The notes under the pieces: generated by a model | Seen by the model: the letters and a program-made list of their open reading frames with translations, nothing else | Databases searched by the model: none | Told to the model about the DNA's origin: nothing | Program-made: the position numbers and the translations under genes | In this document: positions 57,535-64,000 of the stretch, piece by piece | Layout: each line of letters opens with the position of its first letter | Position numbering within the stretch: the first letter of the stretch is position 1 | Source of the DNA: Octopus vulgaris | Lineage: Eukaryota | Assembly: GCA_951406725.2 (NCBI GenBank) | Contig: OX597822.1 | Coordinates: 43,958,001-44,022,000, forward strand | DNA: 64,000 nucleotides | Direction of reading: 5' to 3'

Positions 57535-58376
57535 TATATATATACATGTGTGTGTGTATGTGTGTATGTGAGTGTGTGTGTGTGTGTATGTGTGTGTGTG
57601 TCTGTGTGTGTAGTCTGATCAATAAGCATCTGGACTGTTACTATAGTAACGAAGCTAAGGTACGGAGAGTAAACCCGCTTGGCACAGGCTGATCTTGAAC
57701 TCTGCTGTGCATGCGCACCAAGTTCTAATATTCTGGCTCACTTCTGCTCTTTACAGCAGTGCTTGGAAGGAAGGTGAGTAGCGTGTGATCGTCGCATCGT
57801 GTGATTGTTTTCATCGATCTCGACACAATCAAGATCTTGTGCAATTGAAACCGGTGTGTCTTTTTGGTCAACTGAAAGCAGTTTTGGTACAAACTCGGCA
57901 GACACGCGTCTCATACCCAAAACTTGACTGATAATGGACTGAACTGAATCGAACTGTATCTAATCTACAAATTCTCTGATAACTCATGGATGGTCATTCA
58001 ATGATTTTCCCTCACAGCTGCATGCACATCTGCGAAGTTTTCCTAAGTTCTGCTGGCTGAAGGTCTCCCAGAACGATCGACAATATCGACAATAATTCGG
58101 CCATCTTGAAAACGTCTGAACCACTCGTACAGTTATGAGTGGCTCATACACTCCAGTCCATACACTTTCTGCAACTTTGCGCAGGCCTCTGAGTAGGTAT
58201 CGCCATGACAACTTTCTTTGTCATGCTCAATGCGACAATCACACGCTATACACCTTCTTTTCACGTACTGCTGTAAACGGCAGAAGTGAGCTAGAACGTT
58301 AAAATTTAGTACGTATGCACGGCAACAGTCCGGATGATTATAGGTCAGACTGCGTATATATCTATATCTATATCTA

Positions 58377-58453
<77 letters not shown>

Positions 58454-58500
58454 GTCTATCTATCTGTCTATCTATCTGTCTATCTATCTATCTATCTATG

Positions 58501-58549
<49 letters not shown>

Positions 58550-58602
58550 GTCTGTCTATCTATCTATCAATCAGTCTGTATAGCTATCTATCAGTCTGTA
58601 TT

Positions 58603-58673
<71 letters not shown>

Positions 58674-58724
58674 GTCTGTCTATCTATCTATCAATCAGTC
58701 TGTATATCTATCTATCAGTCTGTA

Positions 58725-58758
<34 letters not shown>

Positions 58759-58807
58759 ACAATATATAAAACGGCGGTGCATCAGCATGGCCGCAGCTCT
58801 GACTTGA

Positions 58808-58870
<63 letters not shown>

Positions 58871-59111
58871 GGATAAGGTCGATATTTAAATTCCAATCTT
58901 ATCAGGTGGCCAGCATGGGAATAAAAACCTTCAAAGGTAATAATTAGTTAAAATTATAATTTAGGGTATCTAAGTGATACTACCTGACTGGAAATAGCAG
59001 TCAAAATTTGACTCTAAAACCATATTAAATGTGAACATTTAATGTGGTTTTAGAGTTAAGTTTTGACTGCTATTTCCAGCGTGGTATTATCTCTTAGATA
59101 CCCTAAATTAT

Positions 59112-59174
<63 letters not shown>

Positions 59175-60357
59175 GAGGTTTCAGGTTAATCTCAGGCACT
59201 TAAATTGTAAGGCATCGGGTTATGTCAAAATTAAAATACATACACAGCAACTATAGACAATTACAAACATTGGTACCGAAATACAGACAGAAAGATGTCC
59301 AGGTCATGTATGCAATTGACCGAACCCGTCTAAGTATCATAGTAGCCCATGGCCTAATTCAGAAACTCACATTGTATTAAATATACGGTACGTAATATAC
59401 TTTGGAATAAGCGAAGAACGGGTTCCGAGAGAGGTGAATCATGAACAAATAAATAACAAACGATGGATACGTGTCAATTGAACTAGGAATTGACTCCTAT
59501 CCATCATTTGTTTAATATATATATGTGTGTGTGTATGTGTGTATGTGAGTGTGTGTGTGTGTGTATGTGTGTGTGTGTCTGTGTGTGTGTGTGGTCTGAT
59601 CAATAAGCATCTGGACTGTTACTATAGTAACGAAGCTAAGGTACGGAGAGTAAACCCGCTTGGCACAGGCTGATCTTGAACTCTGCTGTGCATGCGCACC
59701 AAGTTCTAATATTCTGGCTCACTTCTGCTCTTTACAGCAGTGCTTGGAAGGAAGGTGAGTAGCGTGTGATCGTCGCATCGTGTGATTGTTTTCATCGATC
59801 TCGACACAATCAAGATCTTGTGCAATTGAAACCGGTGTGTCTTTTTGGTCAACTGAAAGCAGTTTTGGTACAAACTCGGCAGACACGCGTCTCATACCCA
59901 AAACTTGACTGATAATGGACTGAACTGAATCGAACTGTATCTAATCTACAAATTCTCTGATAACTCATGGATGGTCATTCAATGATTTTCCCTCACAGCT
60001 GCATGCACATCTGCGAAGTTTTCCTAAGTTCTGCTGGCTGAAGGTCTCCCAGAACGATCGACAATATCGACAATAATTCGGCCATCTTGAAAACGTCTGA
60101 ACCACTCGTACAGTTATGAGTGGCTCATACACTCCAGTCCATACACTTTCTGCAACTTTGCTCAGGCCTCTGAGTAGGTATCGCCATGACAACTTTCTTT
60201 GTCATGCTCAATGCGACAATCACACGCTATACACCTTCTTTTCGCGTACTGCTGTAAACGGCAGAAGTGAGCTAGAACGTTAAAATTTAGTACGTATGCA
60301 CGGCAACAGTCCGGATGATTATAGGTCAGACTGCGTATATATCTATATCTATATCTA

Positions 60358-60452
<95 letters not shown>

Positions 60453-60453
60453 G

Positions 60454-60486
<33 letters not shown>

Positions 60487-60541
60487 GTCTGTCTGTCTAT
60501 CTATCTATCAATCAGTCTGTATAGCTATCTATCAGTCTGTA

Positions 60542-60598
<57 letters not shown>

Positions 60599-60649
60599 GT
60601 CTGTCTATCTATCTATCAATCAGTCTGTATATCTATCTATCAGTCTGTA

Positions 60650-60727
<78 letters not shown>

Positions 60728-60775
60728 ACAATATATAAAACGGCGGTGCATCAGCATGGCAGCTCTGACTTGAAA

Positions 60776-60827
<52 letters not shown>

Positions 60828-61075
60828 ATAAGGATAAGGTCGATATTTAAATTCCAATCTTATCAGGTGGCCAGCATGGGAATAAAAACCTTCAAAGGTA
60901 ATAATTAGTTAAAATTATAATTTAGGGTATCTAAGTGATACTACCTGACTGGAAATAGCAGTCAAAATTTGACTCTAAAACCATATTAAATGTGAACATT
61001 TAATGTGGTTTTAGAGTCAAGTTTTGACTGATATTTCCAGCGTGGTATTATCTCTTAGATACCCTAAATTATAAT

Positions 61076-61110
<35 letters not shown>

Positions 61111-61460
61111 GAGGTTTCAGGTTAATCTCAGGCACTTAAATTGTAAGGCATCGGGTTATGTCAAAATTAAAATACATACACAGCAACTATAGACAATTAC
61201 AAACATTGGTACCGAAATACAGACAGAAAGATGTCCAGGTCATGTATGCAATTGACCGAACCCGTCTAAGTATCATAGTAGCCCATGGCCTTATTCAGAA
61301 ACTCACATTGTATTAAATATACGGTACGTAATATACTTTGGAATAAGCGAAGAACGGGTTCCGAGAGAGGTGAATCATGAACAAATAAATAACAAACGAT
61401 GGATACGTGTCAATTGAACTAGGAATTGACACCTATCCATCATTTGTTTAATATATATAT
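57535..61460. repeat. Tandem duplication, two copies of about 2 kb (57535-59515, 59516-61460)
   Basis: ORF pairs offset by 1981 (57738/59719, 57984/59965); near identical apart from microsatellite length. Confidence 0.95.
57609..58354 (-). mobile_element. Mariner-derived MITE with two 5' ends (second copy at 59590-60335)
   Basis: GMRRVSAEFVPKLLSVDQK on the minus strand; TIRs AGTCTGATCAATAAGCATCTGGACTGTT / AACAGTCCGGATGATTATAGGTCAGACT. Confidence 0.82.
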
Positions 61461-61946
61461 GTGTGTGTGAGTGTGTGTATTTATGTATATATATATATAT
61501 TTGTAAAAAATGAAGTTCGAAAATGCTGCTATATTAGACAAATTTTTAATTTTTATATATACATTATTTATTTAACATGTTTCGGTTCTTGAAATGATGA
61601 ACCTTATCAAAAAAAATTATATATAAAAAAGATAGTTCATGCTATCAAATATAAAAAATTCATATATAATATACAATAGAGTCAGACATCAAAAGTTCAT
61701 ATATAGTGAAGTGAGTTCATGCTATATGTTTAAAGAGTATGATGTAGTAGTTCATAGTGGTGTTATGCATTCAATATAAAAAATAGTTCATAGTGGTGAT
61801 ATGCATTCAATATAAAAAATTGCTGTTCTTGAAAAAGCGAGGAATTCATTTTAGATTTTACCTTGAGTAACTGTGATGACTTTTGGTCGGTGTCCGCTCG
61901 GACAGTGCTGGCGAACCTTGTGAATTGTTTGGGTTTTATATCACCT

Positions 61947-62260
61947 GTTAGGTGGCCAGTCCAGCGGAACGTGACGTCATCAACGTTTTGACCAATCGTT
62001 TCGTTAGGTGGCTAGTCAAGAAGAACGGGACGTCATCAATATTATGACCAATCAGAATCGGGTCCGACCTATAGCTGTATTAGATCTGCCCCTTGTCTGT
62101 TTCCCGTTAGGTGGCCAGTCCAGCGTAACGAGACGTCATCATTGCTTTGACCAATCATCCCGTTAGGTGGCCAGTCCAGCAGAACGAGATGTCATCTATG
62201 TTTCGACCAATCAGAATCGGGTCTGACCCTTAGCTGTATCGTATGTGGCCAGTCCATCAG
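61947..62260. repeat. 56-bp repeat array with CRE-like and CCAAT motifs in the PLE 3' region
   Basis: Units start at 61947, 62003, 62106 and 62162: GTTAGGTGGCCAGTC..GACGTCATC..GACCAATC. Confidence 0.85.
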
Positions 62261-62411
62261 GATTAGATCTGTTCGAAGAGATCTTTTTATAAATTTTTTT
62301 CCCCTTTTCCCTAAGACATATTTCCGTCAGTGTGAGTGACTGTTTAAGGTAGCGGCCGTGGTGGAATTTCGCTTCTCCTTTTCGGAGGACCAATCTTTTG
62401 TTTTAATATTC

Positions 62412-64000
62412 CTAGCCCAGGGTGTTTAAACTTGGTCTAAATTTTTTGATGAAATACAGTTCTTTATTTTGGCGTTGCGTGAAGGTTGCGTTGTCACTGA
62501 ATTTATAAAGCGGGTAAGTTGTAAATTTCGGATTTACATTTCCAGCACATCTATCTATGTGTCCGCTGACCGGTATTTTCCGGTATTCAGGGTTTCTAAT
62601 TTGTGATTTATGCACCGCCATCCTGTTACGTAAGCTATTTTTTGTATGGCCTATATACTGCCTATTGTAGCCTGCGCATGTTATGACGTAAATTAAGTTT
62701 TCTGATGCGCAGGTGAAGTTTGCTCTAATGGTGAACTGATGGCCTTGTTCTAGTATAAATTCTGAACCTTCTATCAAGATGACACAGATTCCGCAGTTGG
62801 GCCTTCCACATTTTCTAACTGCTGGTTTTGTGGTTGATGTTGAGTGCAGTTTAGCTTGGGTTAAAATCCTTTTCAAGGATTTTGGTTGCCGTTTACTTTT
62901 AATGATGGTGTGTGTTTCGAGGATCCGGTTCATCTTTGGGTCTCCCTTTAGTAGGGCTGTGCTTTGTAGTATGGTGCTGAAGGCCTCATTGTTGAGTGGG
63001 TTGTGTGTAGAGATGTAGGAAAGGGTTTTTAATTGTTCTTTCTTTTTTGGTTTTGTTTGTCTCAGGTCTTCTATACTTAATTTGAGTGCCCTTTGGATTG
63101 CACTGTCTATTAGGGGCTGTGGATAGTTTCTATTTGTGAGTGTGGTTCTAAGTTCCTGGAGACGTGTGTGTCGGGTGTTTGTGTCTGATATTATGGTGCA
63201 GATCCTTCTAGCTAAACAAAAAGGGACATTTATTCTAGTGTGTCGTGGGTGGCATGAATCAAAGGGTAGGTATTGTTTGGAGTCTGTCGGTTTATAGTAG
63301 ATATCTGTCTCTAGTTTTTTGCCGGTTTTCTTAATGAGGATGTCTAAAAATGGTAATTCTTTTTCGTTGTGATCCATCGTGAATTGTATATTATCATTTA
63401 TTCCATTTAATAGTATTTTAAATTCCTTAAGTTTCTCTATACCTTTGTCCCAGATGATGAAGCAGTCATCGAGGTATCTTTTCCAGTTGTTATGGATATA
63501 GGTGGCGAAGGTGTTTCCAAATTTCTCGAGTGTTATCTGGTAGAGTATTTTCTCGAGGTATCCCATCACTAGGTTGGCAAAAGATGGTGCAGTACGCGTG
63601 CCCATCGCTGTTCCCGATCTTTGTCTGTAGAAATTATTGTCAAAAATAAAGTAATTGTTCTCTATTATAAGGTCTTTGTTTATGCGAGTTGGGAGTTCAA
63701 AGGGGTAGTTATTCAGCCAGAAGGTGATCGCTTCTATTCCTAGGTTGTGAGGGATGTTAGAATAAAGATTAACTACGTCGAATGATACTAGAAGGGTTTT
63801 CTCATTGACTGTTTTAGGGAGGTGGTTGAGCATATCTATATCGTCTCTTACGTAGCTTTTGATGTGTTTTAGGAAAGGTTTAAGAAGTGTGTCTAAGAAA
63901 TTGCTGAGGCGGTGAGTCTCACATGCTGGCCCTGCTATTATCGGTCTAAGTTTAAGATCATTTGGTGAAGGGATTTTGATGAGTATATCGGTAGATGTTT
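62412..64000 (-). CDS. Penelope-like element (Neptune-type) RT + GIY-YIG polyprotein, 5' part outside the window
   Basis: Open to the window edge (LRPIIAG..HRLSNFLD); LVSFDVVNLYSNIP, GTAMGT..APSFANL, RYLDD, LPFLDI; Cys linker CGRPNCGIC; NLIYVITC..QYIGHT..R..H..ELYFIKKFRPSLN. Confidence 0.93.
   Translation of the reverse strand, partial: TSTDILIKIPSPNDLKLRPIIAGPACETHRLSNFLDTLLKPFLKHIKSYVRDDIDMLNHLPKTVNEKTLLVSFDVVNLYSNIPHNLGIEAITFWLNNYPFELPTRINKDLIIENNYFIFDNNFYRQRSGTAMGTRTAPSFANLVMGYLEKILYQITLEKFGNTFATYIHNNWKRYLDDCFIIWDKGIEKLKEFKILLNGINDNIQFTMDHNEKELPFLDILIKKTGKKLETDIYYKPTDSKQYLPFDSCHPRHTRINVPFCLARRICTIISDTNTRHTRLQELRTTLTNRNYPQPLIDSAIQRALKLSIEDLRQTKPKKKEQLKTLSYISTHNPLNNEAFSTILQSTALLKGDPKMNRILETHTIIKSKRQPKSLKRILTQAKLHSTSTTKPAVRKCGRPNCGICVILIEGSEFILEQGHQFTIRANFTCASENLIYVITCAGYNRQYIGHTKNSLRNRMAVHKSQIRNPEYRKIPVSGHIDRCAGNVNPKFTTYPLYKFSDNATFTQRQNKELYFIKKFRPSLNTLG

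Larger units (their letters stand above)
61500..64000 (-). mobile_element. Neptune-type Penelope-like retroelement including 3' UTR/pLTR
   Basis: ORF above plus downstream repeats and a degenerate hammerhead at 61570-61615. Confidence 0.85.

Noticed and set aside
61947-62260. CRISPR-like repeat appearance (also 24485-24567)
   Set aside because: No unique spacers, no cas genes, eukaryotic TE context.

Overview
AT-rich eukaryotic DNA dominated by repeats. The SINE families and microsatellite content look like a coleoid cephalopod, probably Octopus (inference). No host protein-coding gene is recognisable; almost all ORFs in the track are microsatellite read-throughs or transposon debris, so the window is probably intronic or intergenic. 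Contents: a near full-length but disrupted R4/Dong-type RLE retrotransposon in a (TAA)n tract (844-4680); a Neptune-type Penelope-like element (PLE; RT + GIY-YIG) with an open ORF running off the right edge; a decayed Chapaev3-like DNA transposon; mariner, Tigger and Tx1/L1 remnants; three non-autonomous Helitrons; dozens of tRNA-derived SINEs; and two tandem duplications (about 1.3 kb and 2 kb). The most notable non-coding signal is a set of unrelated foldback (inverted-repeat) modules in microsatellites, several carrying hammerhead-ribozyme cores. The best is a 164-bp near-perfect inverted repeat (42997-43367) encoding an intact type I hammerhead on each strand with a long stem II. All calls were made by eye; family names need database confirmation.
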